Shown piece after piece: positions 55,480-64,000 of a stretch of 64,000 nt of DNA. The position numbers and the translations under genes were made by a program. The stretch comes from a virus, in IMG/VR virus record IMGVR_UViG_3300043444_000400, positions 7,061 to 71,060 of that record. One strand, given 5' to 3'. Within the stretch, counting starts at the first letter, position 1; the number at the start of each line of letters is the position of its first letter. The notes under the pieces are model-generated. The model had not been told where the DNA came from. It did no database searches and saw nothing but the letters and a program-made list of their open reading frames with translations.

Positions 55480-57090
55480 GTGAATACTGAACAGAGAAAC
55501 CTACTACGAAGCCTGATTGAACCTTTAATTAAAAATACCAATGATAATTTAGTTATAAATGCTACGGTAGGATGTAAAGCTAATAATTCCTTTCGTTATC
55601 AAGGTTTATCAGTTACAGCTTTATGTGACATATATCCAGGAAATAAAGTATGGGTATTTAGAGATACCAAGAATGGTACGTACTATGGGGTGAGAGAAGA
55701 GTTTAATCCCGTACTTAACGAAAGAACATTTACAAGGAAGTATATTGCTCCAGAGCCTGTACGACGAAACATAGTGCCTTCTGTGGGATTGCTGTATCGG
55801 TATGTGCCTAGTATCAGACGGGATGAGATGGTGACCCCTACATTCAACCCGTACTATGAACAAAACCCTGAACTCCTAAATGATATTGAAATTTATCTAC
55901 TAATTGATGGCAAATACACACTGGCCACGTCAATACCTTTGGAATGGAGAGACTTGGGGACGCTAGAGTTTGTTGGGGGAGTTAGTATTGGTAGCATCTT
56001 CCCCGTTGGTCCTCCCCCTACTGGCTCAGCAACATTCAATCAAACGGGTAATTCAGTCTCGATATCTACGAGCGCATCTATGGGCACTGATACGACAGGG
56101 TGGTTTATAGAGGCCACTTACTCAGCAACGTTCAGCGGGCTAGCACTTAGGGGGTCTGTTAGTGCATCACGGTCTTTTGCAATATCGTCCGAGAATAATG
56201 GAGGGTCTGCTATTGAACTGATTCCTTTTGAAAGTCAAACTGACGTAGGTGCTTTCTTTGATGGAGTAAACACGATCGGGGGGTCATCATTCGATTTTGC
56301 GTTTACAGGGCAAAGTTCAGATACCGCGCCTTATGTTGACGAATTCAGGATCCACGCTCTGTCTAGTCTCGATTCAGCCGCAACCCTAATTATTGATGCC
56401 AGTGCTAGCGCCAGTATCAGCCTGTCCGATGTTGAAATATTGTGTGATCGTCAATGGGGTCGGTCATGGTCATACATAGACTCTCAGGGGTGGATTACGT
56501 GGGTAATTGTTTATGAAACTCCATCAGGGTCTGCTGGATACCCCACAGAGGAAGTCAGAACAGATGGCCCTAGCTACCTAGAGGAGCGAATCTACGGATT
56601 TTACGGCAAGAAGAACATCCAACGCCGTAAAATATATGCTCGTCGCTACTACGACGATGGAACCTCACAGTATGCCGAAGGTCAAGCCTTAGAGGATTTG
56701 GTCTTCAGCCCTGATCCTGTCACCCTTGAGGACTTCCGGGATAATCCCAAGAGCGTAAACCTGGAATGGGGGGCAACGGTTACCCCTCCGGTGTCCCCTG
56801 ATGAGTGCCTGAACGATTATCAGACTGACCGATTACTCAACTATCTACCAACCCGACGCAAAGCCTACGACCCCCCCACGTTCGGCATAATCAATGACAG
56901 CATCATCTCTGGGGATCCCCTCACTATCGAAGGCTATCGGGTCTCCAGTACTAACCCTACCTGTGACCTAGTGCCAGACCGTGAGTACCAGCAACGGATT
57001 CAAGCTTGGGCTAATTCAAAATTTGGGAGTGATCCAGAATCTGTAGATAATCCACCTGAGGTGTTAACTTTCTCTTACTATTCTCCGTAA
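55480..57090 (+). CDS. putative virion structural / receptor-binding protein (mosaic GC)
   Basis: S/T/G-rich beta-type middle; located in the tail locus. Confidence 0.55.
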   Translation: MNTEQRNLLRSLIEPLIKNTNDNLVINATVGCKANNSFRYQGLSVTALCDIYPGNKVWVFRDTKNGTYYGVREEFNPVLNERTFTRKYIAPEPVRRNIVPSVGLLYRYVPSIRRDEMVTPTFNPYYEQNPELLNDIEIYLLIDGKYTLATSIPLEWRDLGTLEFVGGVSIGSIFPVGPPPTGSATFNQTGNSVSISTSASMGTDTTGWFIEATYSATFSGLALRGSVSASRSFAISSENNGGSAIELIPFESQTDVGAFFDGVNTIGGSSFDFAFTGQSSDTAPYVDEFRIHALSSLDSAATLIIDASASASISLSDVEILCDRQWGRSWSYIDSQGWITWVIVYETPSGSAGYPTEEVRTDGPSYLEERIYGFYGKKNIQRRKIYARRYYDDGTSQYAEGQALEDLVFSPDPVTLEDFRDNPKSVNLEWGATVTPPVSPDECLNDYQTDRLLNYLPTRRKAYDPPTFGIINDSIISGDPLTIEGYRVSSTNPTCDLVPDREYQQRIQAWANSKFGSDPESVDNPPEVLTFSYYSP

Positions 57091-57100
57091 ACCAGAATAC

Positions 57101-57412
57101 CTAGTTAGCTAAATTACTAAGTAGATTATTTTTAGTAGATTCAGTAAGTATTCCTGTAACTGTATATAGATTGATTAGGTTGGTTTTAACTTCATCATTT
57201 CTTTCATTAAACACAGAGAGAAATACACTATAGAGTGTGTAGTTATCTTTAGGTTGACAACCTCCTAATACACTATCTAACCAAGTTGTATCTACTGCAA
57301 TATTTGTATACTGTGAGCTACACCACGAAAGAAAAGAGGATGTTTCTCCTAACATATTACTTTTATCTTGTGGTGTAAGAATATGAAAAGCTTCTTTTGC
57401 ATTTAAGGTCAT
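57101..57412 (-). CDS. hypothetical protein
   Basis: ORF track. Confidence 0.6.
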   Translation of the reverse strand: MTLNAKEAFHILTPQDKSNMLGETSSFLSWCSSQYTNIAVDTTWLDSVLGGCQPKDNYTLYSVFLSVFNERNDEVKTNLINLYTVTGILTESTKNNLLSNLAN

Positions 57413-57417
57413 AGTAA

Positions 57418-58212
57418 TTAAATCTGTACCAAATGAATGTTAAAACTTGAGTTAGCAATAGCGGCTAGGCTACCAGAGATTGCGGATACTTTGATTCGGG
57501 TCCGTGGCTTGAACAGTAAAGGTGAAATTTCTCTGCTATGAGTAGCATTGTCTAGCACGATTTGGTCTTGAAACAGGTACACCGGGGGCACCCCATCGAG
57601 CAAATCTCTCGAATCACGTTCACAGGTAGCTCGCAATCGAAAGTCTTGGCTGTGGTTTGTGGAGACTCCAGCGCCCCATCTATCGACTACGGCATAGTAG
57701 CCCTCAGGCACGGTGAACAAGCTTGATAGACTTTGGTTTCCGCCTGCTGTAATACGCTCATGGATTGCCCCACCCCCTGCAACTCGAAGGTCAATATTCC
57801 CCGCAGCCTTGCCCCCACTTCCTACGGTTTTACTGTGCAGCCAGTTGATTGCCCGACAATTGGCCATAGCTGCAATAGCTACGGGTGTTGTTCCGTTGAG
57901 CGTAACCGTTGCCGTTTGTGACAGCCAGGAATTATCCAGATAATGCACCTCTACGGTCCTTGTTCCCGTTCCCGCAGCCGCATCATTAGCAGAACTGCTC
58001 ACGACTTCCCAGGATTGTGCTCCTGTGGGTTCAGGAATGCTTGGCGTAGTTAGGTATTCTGCAATATCTTCAAGCTCAGTAGTGGTAGAAAATGCGGAGC
58101 GTCTTGCAGGGATGTTGAAGCTTTGGAAAATCTTCCCATCTAGTTGGCCCTCATAAAGCGCCCTCCAAGAATCAAAGCCATTATAAGTATTAACTCGTCG
58201 CAATAAAGCCAT
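57418..58212 (-). CDS. putative tail-associated structural protein
   Basis: VVSSSANDAAAGTGTRTV...LNGTTPV motif, recalled from phage virion proteins. Confidence 0.6.
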   Translation of the reverse strand: MALLRRVNTYNGFDSWRALYEGQLDGKIFQSFNIPARRSAFSTTTELEDIAEYLTTPSIPEPTGAQSWEVVSSSANDAAAGTGTRTVEVHYLDNSWLSQTATVTLNGTTPVAIAAMANCRAINWLHSKTVGSGGKAAGNIDLRVAGGGAIHERITAGGNQSLSSLFTVPEGYYAVVDRWGAGVSTNHSQDFRLRATCERDSRDLLDGVPPVYLFQDQIVLDNATHSREISPLLFKPRTRIKVSAISGSLAAIANSSFNIHLVQI

Positions 58213-58223
58213 AAATAAATCTC

Positions 58224-58544
58224 CTATGAAATGAACCAGTTAGAAACACCATCGGCCTCAACAATAACAGCTTCATAGGGCTGAAGCGTAAAGGAGGTTT
58301 CCCCATCAATTAGGTCTGATCCCGATCTAACAACAGTAACTGTATTGGCAGCGTTGTCAATCCGTTTTAATGTATGCAGGATGGTCGCAGATGATGCAGC
58401 AAGAGGAAGGGTAAGAACTATATTCCCCCCAGTTGCATTCAGCCTGTAACGATAGGAGTTAGTGCTAGAGAGCGTGGTGCTTGTCGAGATGGTTGCGACA
58501 GGGAAAGAGTCGATTCGAGTGTAAAGAGAAGTTAGGGTTGCCAT
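58224..58544 (-). CDS. small tail-fibre-module protein
   Basis: LTLP...RSGSDLIDG...DGVSNW module also present in 59277..63587. Confidence 0.65.
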   Translation of the reverse strand: MATLTSLYTRIDSFPVATISTSTTLSSTNSYRYRLNATGGNIVLTLPLAASSATILHTLKRIDNAANTVTVVRSGSDLIDGETSFTLQPYEAVIVEADGVSNWFIS

Positions 58545-58547
58545 GGG

Positions 58548-59273
58548 TTAGGGTCCAGTGGGGAATGGTGCTGTGGGGACAATGGAAACATTGCGGGCAA
58601 CGCCCTTGGTAATACGGACTGGGCCGATATACCCTTGAAAATAGTAAAGAGAATTTGCACCTCCCAAAATCAGGGGGAGTGTGCTGTTGTAGGGTGTGCC
58701 TGAATATGTGCCCGTGCCTATCAGGTACTGTGTTGTTGCTCCAGAGACCCCAATCCAGCATCGCCACGAATTCCCAGATCGGGTAAATGCAATATATACC
58801 CATGTACTCAGTGCTAGGGAGGGAGCACCGGTCGCAAAGTTGTTGATGAACCAGCTAGAACCAGTGGCGGATGCTGCAATTCCTAGCCCACCACTGGCGA
58901 CAAAAGGTAATACTGGGGCATACGTGTTTGCCACTGTCTGACCCAGCAGGTAGACAACGCTAGGGTTCGCTGAGGGATAAAGCCAAAATTCCGCAGTAAA
59001 ATCCCCAGAAAGATTAAATGCTTCCGAGTCGGGGGACTGGATTGAATCTCCTGTCCCATCCAGCGCGAGGCTACTCCCACCCGCAAAAGGACTCTGCGCC
59101 GTACTAATTACAGCGTCCCCATTCCAGGTTATGGGAAGGGCTAGTGGGCCTTGCTCTGTAGCGGGCTTGGAGCCATTTGTGCCCTGGAAGTTTTGCAGAA
59201 AAACCACGTTGGCCCAAAAAGGATCTCCTGTTTGTCTAAAGGCTTTTCTTCGATGTAATAAATATGGATTCAT
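58548..59273 (-). CDS. LamG / concanavalin A-like lectin domain tail protein
   Basis: GDPFWANVV, SLALDGTGD, DFTAEFW, W.YIAFTRSG, GYIGPVRITKGVAR. Confidence 0.8.
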   Translation of the reverse strand: MNPYLLHRRKAFRQTGDPFWANVVFLQNFQGTNGSKPATEQGPLALPITWNGDAVISTAQSPFAGGSSLALDGTGDSIQSPDSEAFNLSGDFTAEFWLYPSANPSVVYLLGQTVANTYAPVLPFVASGGLGIAASATGSSWFINNFATGAPSLALSTWVYIAFTRSGNSWRCWIGVSGATTQYLIGTGTYSGTPYNSTLPLILGGANSLYYFQGYIGPVRITKGVARNVSIVPTAPFPTGP

Positions 59274-59276
59274 CTT

Positions 59277-62200
59277 TTACCACCCTGTCGGCTCTGTCGT
59301 GAGTTCTAGGTATTGGATTTTGACCCCAATGAGCCGTGCATCCACTGCCAAGGTATCAGCTATATCTCGACTTACTTCAAAATAAATCCAGTCTTGTAAT
59401 GCCGGTGAACCCGCAACCGTCACGGATGCTGTGGCAGAAGTTATGTGCATTTCGTTGACTGCAATCAAGGTGTCAGTTACGGATTGAGCCGTACCATAAG
59501 CTGTGTCTAGCAGGTCGTCATCTGACAGGCTCCCTCCCTTGATAGCCCATGTTACGGTTCCGCTGCCACTCGTTGCGGTCCAATAGAAACGAGCCTTGAT
59601 TGTACCCCGGTCCCAAGAGTCAGGCATTGAAATTTGAAAACAGGCACCCTCGGAAGTCGTAGCGTCAAAATCTAGGGTGTCATAAGCAATGTCATTCGTC
59701 GTGGTCTCTACTGTAGCAATAGCGGCCCCGCTTGTTGCTCTAGGGGTCATGGCTCCCGCACCAATCCAAATCTCTCTGTATACTCCCGTTCTGGTCAATG
59801 GCCCAGTATTGGATATGGTAAGAGCATCTGTAGCGGCATTGGTTGTGAGAGAAATCCCACTTCCTGCGACGAAAGTAACCGTATCGTTTGCAGAATCAGC
59901 CACGATATTGGACTGCCCTGATACAGCAATTGTGTTGAACGAGGTCAGAGATGCGCTTCCACCTCCCGCACTGTAGTCTGTGAAAGATTCAGCGGCAACA
60001 ATAGCCCAGTTCGTGCCATAGAAAACCAGCCAAACACAGGCATTGTCGCTATCTAAAACTAGGGAAGATTGTCCTGCAATGGTTTGAACACCGTTGGGAT
60101 TGATTGTGAGTGGGGCAGCGGTAAAGTTGGGAAGTTGGTCAACAATGGCAATTTGGTCCCCGTTAGCCCCCGCTGGTAGATTTAATGTGGTTGTCCCTGC
60201 AATTTGGTACAGATTGCCTTTGACCCCCAAAACTGTAGGGGCCGTGACATAGACCGGTGTTAGTCCACCTCCACCAGGAATATTAATTGTGGCTGTGTTA
60301 CCCGAAACACTAACTGAAGCACCTTCCCCTGTGATGTTATAAATGGTTGCCTGTCCCGCTGTACCTTGGTTTACACCCTCATCCTGTAGTTGAACAAGTC
60401 TCTGCCCTCTTCCCGTGGTATACCAGTTACCTTGACCATCAGAATGAACTATAACTGATTCACCTTGATAGAAGACAACTGAAGTACTTCCATCAATCAA
60501 GTCTGAGCCAGAACGAGCTAAGGTCAGGGTGTTGTTACTGTTCCCCGGTATGACCTTGAACAGGTAGTGCAAGGAATCATCATAGTTTGGGCCGCTTCCC
60601 GTATTTGGCAAAGTCGCAGTAACAGATCCGCCTGAGACATTCACGAAAAATCTTTCGGAATTTAATCCTGGTGAGAAGTTGGCGTTTTTGGTTGTATATA
60701 GAGGGGCTGTGCTAGGTAGTATTTGAACACTCACAGCTTCTCCAGGGACAAATTCACCACTTCCTCCTGAAAGTAGACTAATCCCCCATGTTCTGTAAGA
60801 GCCTGAATCCACAGCACTAAAGATTCGGGCGTATGTGAACGCACCTGAGTCTTGTCCCGTAAGCTTAACGTAACCCCCTTGTGTTACAGAGCTTAAGACA
60901 TATCCAACAAAAACCCCGTTGCCATCAGTCTCACTAATTCTGATAGTGTCTCCAAATCCGCCCCCTGCACTTCCAAAGTTAAGTGCATCAAGACTAGACA
61001 ATTTAATCTCACCGGAAGCGGGTGTTGCATTACTGGTCAATGTGTATGTCATGTCAGACCCACCTCCACCAGAACCTCCACCAGAAACCTCAACTAATGC
61101 CCCCAAGGTTGTACCTGTGGCCCGGTAAAGTTTATTATTATCAGTTGCTATATAGAGCAATCCCGTATGTGTTGGTGTAACTAACGTAGGGTCTCCCGTG
61201 AAAGTTCGATAGCTACCGATGGGGGATAGGTTGCCTGGACCTGTGCCCGTAGAGCGATAAAGCAAGTTGGGAGTGGTGTCTGTGGATACAAAAAGTTGTT
61301 CCGTAGCGGTGGGAGTAACAATAGAAGGACTTCCCGTAAATGTATTATATGCTCTGATGTCAACTATGGTGTCTGGACTAGCATCAGTAGCGTTAACAGC
61401 CGGTCCAACAAAATTGATATTACTACGTTGAGGTAAAGGGGTTCCTTCATTCTCTACAGTTATTGCTGGAGGAGCATTAATCTCTATACTTTCGTTAGCC
61501 CCTGAATTAAGTGTAGTAAGTGTTATTCCTGTACCCGCTACAAGCTTATTACTAAGAAATCCAGGGGTTGTATCATTGGTACTGTTTTTTACCTTATAAC
61601 TTACGTTACTAAAATTAGTCCATTGTGCTGCTCCAACCGCAGGAGTCACCCCCGTACTCGTATTTGTTGCAATCCACCACATACCATTATGGGATACAAC
61701 ATCACCAGCACCATAAGCTGTACCTGAATCCCAAGCACCTTCATAACGTAAGGAATTAGCAATTACTTCTGTTAGAGTTGTAGAGATTTCTTGAATACAG
61801 CCATCATTAGGAGAATGACTAATGTTTGTAATACTTGTACCTGTGTATACGAAACAATAGCAGACTTCGTAAGTGTAATTCTCAGCAGGAATTGTGTTTG
61901 TTATAGAAGATATTACAGGGGTTACGGGGCTATAGAGACCATAGGGAGTATTTGTGGGAATCGCCGTATCCGTAGTCCCATCTTCATAAGTCAGCGTATA
62001 TATGTCAGAGGCTAAGGACGGGGTAACTCCTTGGTCAAAATAACGAAAGGAAATGGAAGAATCACCTAAATTAGTTCTCTTTATATAAAACCTAATACTC
62101 TCTGCAAAGAATGTTCCTTTAGTAGAACTCGCAATAACATCAGAATAATTACTTCTAATTTGTGTAGGGTATGTGACGGTAATGTTTAGAGTAGAATTTG

Positions 62201-63587
62201 CATCCCCATTACCTACAGAACTTAATGTACTGTATGCACTTTGTCCACTTAATGTAGAAACTAATGCACGTTGAGCTAGATTAGCTGTAAGAGATAAAGA
62301 CGTAAATACAGAACCATTCCCATCTATACTAATAATTTGGTCTTGTGTATTACTTAACAACCCTCCTACCGTAGTAGATGGAACGTTTTCAAATAAAAAC
62401 TGCTTAACAATCCCGCTACCGCTATCAACAATTACTTCTAAACCTTCATTAGGATATACACGACGAAGATTAGGGTCATCTCCTCCTAGAATTGCATCTC
62501 CTGTAAATGCACCTACACCAACTTGTACTCCTCTATTGCTATAAATAAAGGGAATTATACTTATGGTGCTATTGTAAGCGGGAATTAGTCCATTACGAGC
62601 AAGGTCTGAGTTAGTAAAGTTAGCATAAATCTTTAATTGATAAGCCTCATTAGTACCTAGAGTCTTAGGAATTGATAATGAACTACTTTTACCACCTGTA
62701 TAACTCTGTAATACCCCTACATAAGGAAGTAAAGTTACACCATCATCTTCATAAATATCAAGTTCAGCAGTAGTTTTTTCTACATAACCTTCAAACACTA
62801 GGGTTAATAAGTCAGTAAAACTAGCACTAACATCTACACCTTGTAAATCTATGGTTACTCCTACACGTTCACCTTCAGCAACATCTACAGTTGTGTCATT
62901 AAATAACCATACACGTCTAAACTTACTATCACTACCATCTACACCGTAATAATTCTGTATTAGATATTGTGCATTTAAGTCTTCAATAGCTACGTCACAA
63001 CCAAGTACAGATGAGGTGGTGTCATTAACATAAATATCAAAAGTGTTGGTTTCATAAAAAGCTAACCAATTACCACTAGGAGATGCAGCAATAACATCAT
63101 CACCATTAGGAAGAGCTACGGAAGTACTACTGTATCTGTATAGATTTCCTTTCGTTGTGTACTCTAGAACAAACCCATTTGGCATCCCTGTAGGAAGAGT
63201 AGCCGTAGAAGTTTCTATATCAAGATGAGAGTCACTACTAAGGGTTATAGAGTAGGGAAGTGTGATGGGGGCTTGAGTTAAAGTTGTTGCATCAATTTCA
63301 ATTAGTAAACTCGCATTACTAGCATCATTGATAGTGTTTACCGTAACAGCAAATCTTTCCCAATTCTCACCAGAACGAAAACAATCTGTAGGAAATACAA
63401 GTTCAATACCTTGTCCAGCAGCTACAGTACAAGAAGAAACTGTACTCGGTAAGTTATATCCAATACAGTTACGAGCTTGTAACCAGAAGTAATAAGTACC
63501 AGCTACAGCACTTGTAAAACTACCAGATACAACATTAACTGTAATGGGACATATTTGTTCTCTTCCTGAAGCGAATTGAGACCTCAT
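59277..63587 (-). CDS. long tail fibre / receptor-binding protein
   Basis: 1436 aa, T/S/G-rich, YEGAWDSGTAYGAGDVV carbohydrate-binding-like motif, AGTGITL linkers, internal repeats. Confidence 0.8.
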   Translation of the reverse strand: MRSQFASGREQICPITVNVVSGSFTSAVAGTYYFWLQARNCIGYNLPSTVSSCTVAAGQGIELVFPTDCFRSGENWERFAVTVNTINDASNASLLIEIDATTLTQAPITLPYSITLSSDSHLDIETSTATLPTGMPNGFVLEYTTKGNLYRYSSTSVALPNGDDVIAASPSGNWLAFYETNTFDIYVNDTTSSVLGCDVAIEDLNAQYLIQNYYGVDGSDSKFRRVWLFNDTTVDVAEGERVGVTIDLQGVDVSASFTDLLTLVFEGYVEKTTAELDIYEDDGVTLLPYVGVLQSYTGGKSSSLSIPKTLGTNEAYQLKIYANFTNSDLARNGLIPAYNSTISIIPFIYSNRGVQVGVGAFTGDAILGGDDPNLRRVYPNEGLEVIVDSGSGIVKQFLFENVPSTTVGGLLSNTQDQIISIDGNGSVFTSLSLTANLAQRALVSTLSGQSAYSTLSSVGNGDANSTLNITVTYPTQIRSNYSDVIASSTKGTFFAESIRFYIKRTNLGDSSISFRYFDQGVTPSLASDIYTLTYEDGTTDTAIPTNTPYGLYSPVTPVISSITNTIPAENYTYEVCYCFVYTGTSITNISHSPNDGCIQEISTTLTEVIANSLRYEGAWDSGTAYGAGDVVSHNGMWWIATNTSTGVTPAVGAAQWTNFSNVSYKVKNSTNDTTPGFLSNKLVAGTGITLTTLNSGANESIEINAPPAITVENEGTPLPQRSNINFVGPAVNATDASPDTIVDIRAYNTFTGSPSIVTPTATEQLFVSTDTTPNLLYRSTGTGPGNLSPIGSYRTFTGDPTLVTPTHTGLLYIATDNNKLYRATGTTLGALVEVSGGGSGGGGSDMTYTLTSNATPASGEIKLSSLDALNFGSAGGGFGDTIRISETDGNGVFVGYVLSSVTQGGYVKLTGQDSGAFTYARIFSAVDSGSYRTWGISLLSGGSGEFVPGEAVSVQILPSTAPLYTTKNANFSPGLNSERFFVNVSGGSVTATLPNTGSGPNYDDSLHYLFKVIPGNSNNTLTLARSGSDLIDGSTSVVFYQGESVIVHSDGQGNWYTTGRGQRLVQLQDEGVNQGTAGQATIYNITGEGASVSVSGNTATINIPGGGGLTPVYVTAPTVLGVKGNLYQIAGTTTLNLPAGANGDQIAIVDQLPNFTAAPLTINPNGVQTIAGQSSLVLDSDNACVWLVFYGTNWAIVAAESFTDYSAGGGSASLTSFNTIAVSGQSNIVADSANDTVTFVAGSGISLTTNAATDALTISNTGPLTRTGVYREIWIGAGAMTPRATSGAAIATVETTTNDIAYDTLDFDATTSEGACFQISMPDSWDRGTIKARFYWTATSGSGTVTWAIKGGSLSDDDLLDTAYGTAQSVTDTLIAVNEMHITSATASVTVAGSPALQDWIYFEVSRDIADTLAVDARLIGVKIQYLELTTEPTGW

Positions 63588-63594
63588 AAACTCT

Positions 63595-63777
63595 CTATCT
63601 TGTAAACGTATTTCTCGATGACATTATACTACGTTCAGAACTCTTAGGTAAAAGTATAGACTCACCATTAACATTAACAGTGTTAGTTCCTTTCTCGTAA
63701 GTAATTGATTGCTTATTGTATTTTTCTAAAATATCTTTCATTAAAGACTTTAGAATATTTCTTTGTTCATTATTCAT
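63595..63777 (-). CDS. hypothetical protein; N-terminus paralogous to 55480..57090
   Basis: MNNEQRNILKSL vs MNTEQRNLLRSL. Confidence 0.6.
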   Translation of the reverse strand: MNNEQRNILKSLMKDILEKYNKQSITYEKGTNTVNVNGESILLPKSSERSIMSSRNTFTR

Positions 63778-64000
63778 TTTAATTCTATTTCGTATAGGTT
63801 ATCTATTTCTTCTAGAATAAGGTCTAAAGTTATAAGTTTGTGCTAATTCTTCAGCGTCAAATACTTTAGGTTTAATCTTTAACTTAGACTCTTCTTCATC
63901 CTTATCCTTAGTAATAAGGTCTACACTAAGAGATTCGTTCCAATAACCACAAGTTATAGATGTACCATCACAAATAACAATATCAGTTCCTTCTACATTA

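Larger units (their letters stand above)
1065..63155. repeat. dispersed non-palindromic motif (A)ACGAAAG(AAA) / (TTT)CTTTCGT(T), about one per kb
   Basis: 69 exact 7-mer copies counted by eye, 33 as ACGAAAG and 36 as CTTTCGT, mostly inside CDSs. Confidence 0.8.

Noticed and set aside
1505-62015. Many short antisense or nested ORFs in the track (e.g. 1505..1735, 6211..6459, 15891..16262, 26303..26632, 35840..36076, 57713..57943, 59689..59976)
   Set aside because: They are shadows of longer, well-packed genes on the other strand or frame and have no recognisable motifs.
1-64000. Alternative genetic code / stop-codon reassignment
   Set aside because: Long conserved genes (polA, nrdJ, thyX, portal) are uninterrupted in code 11, all three stops terminate genes, and no suppressor tRNA is present.

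Overview
64 kb of a large, AT-rich dsDNA tailed phage genome, almost certainly a cyanophage: the tmRNA tag ANQIKPFARKTSLAVA is cyanobacterial-style, and there is a cyanobacterial-type antitoxin fragment. Roughly 1-54 kb is a + strand early/replication arm (SSB, exonuclease, primase, helicase, PolA, class II RNR with intein, dUTPase, ThyX, RuvC, two adenine MTases, RNA ligase, many small paralog families). About 54-64 kb holds a portal gene and a mosaic tail-fibre region, mostly on the - strand. The most unusual items are: (1) a circularly permuted two-piece tmRNA whose intervening sequence is a complete tRNA-Ile(UAU); (2) a tandem array of ~50-aa microgenes made only of the C-type-lectin/FGE 'variable region' motif of DGR target proteins; (3) an array of six orphan HicB-like antitoxin domains; (4) a phage-encoded Ubl-JAB-E2-E1 ubiquitin-like conjugation cassette; (5) a tRNA-Arg(UCU) split by an HNH-carrying group I intron; (6) a tRNA-Ser-like RNA with the anticodon arm replaced; (7) a non-palindromic motif ACGAAAG/CTTTCGT recurring about once per kb on both strands. 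All protein-family calls come from motif recognition by eye, not database searches, and all counts are manual.
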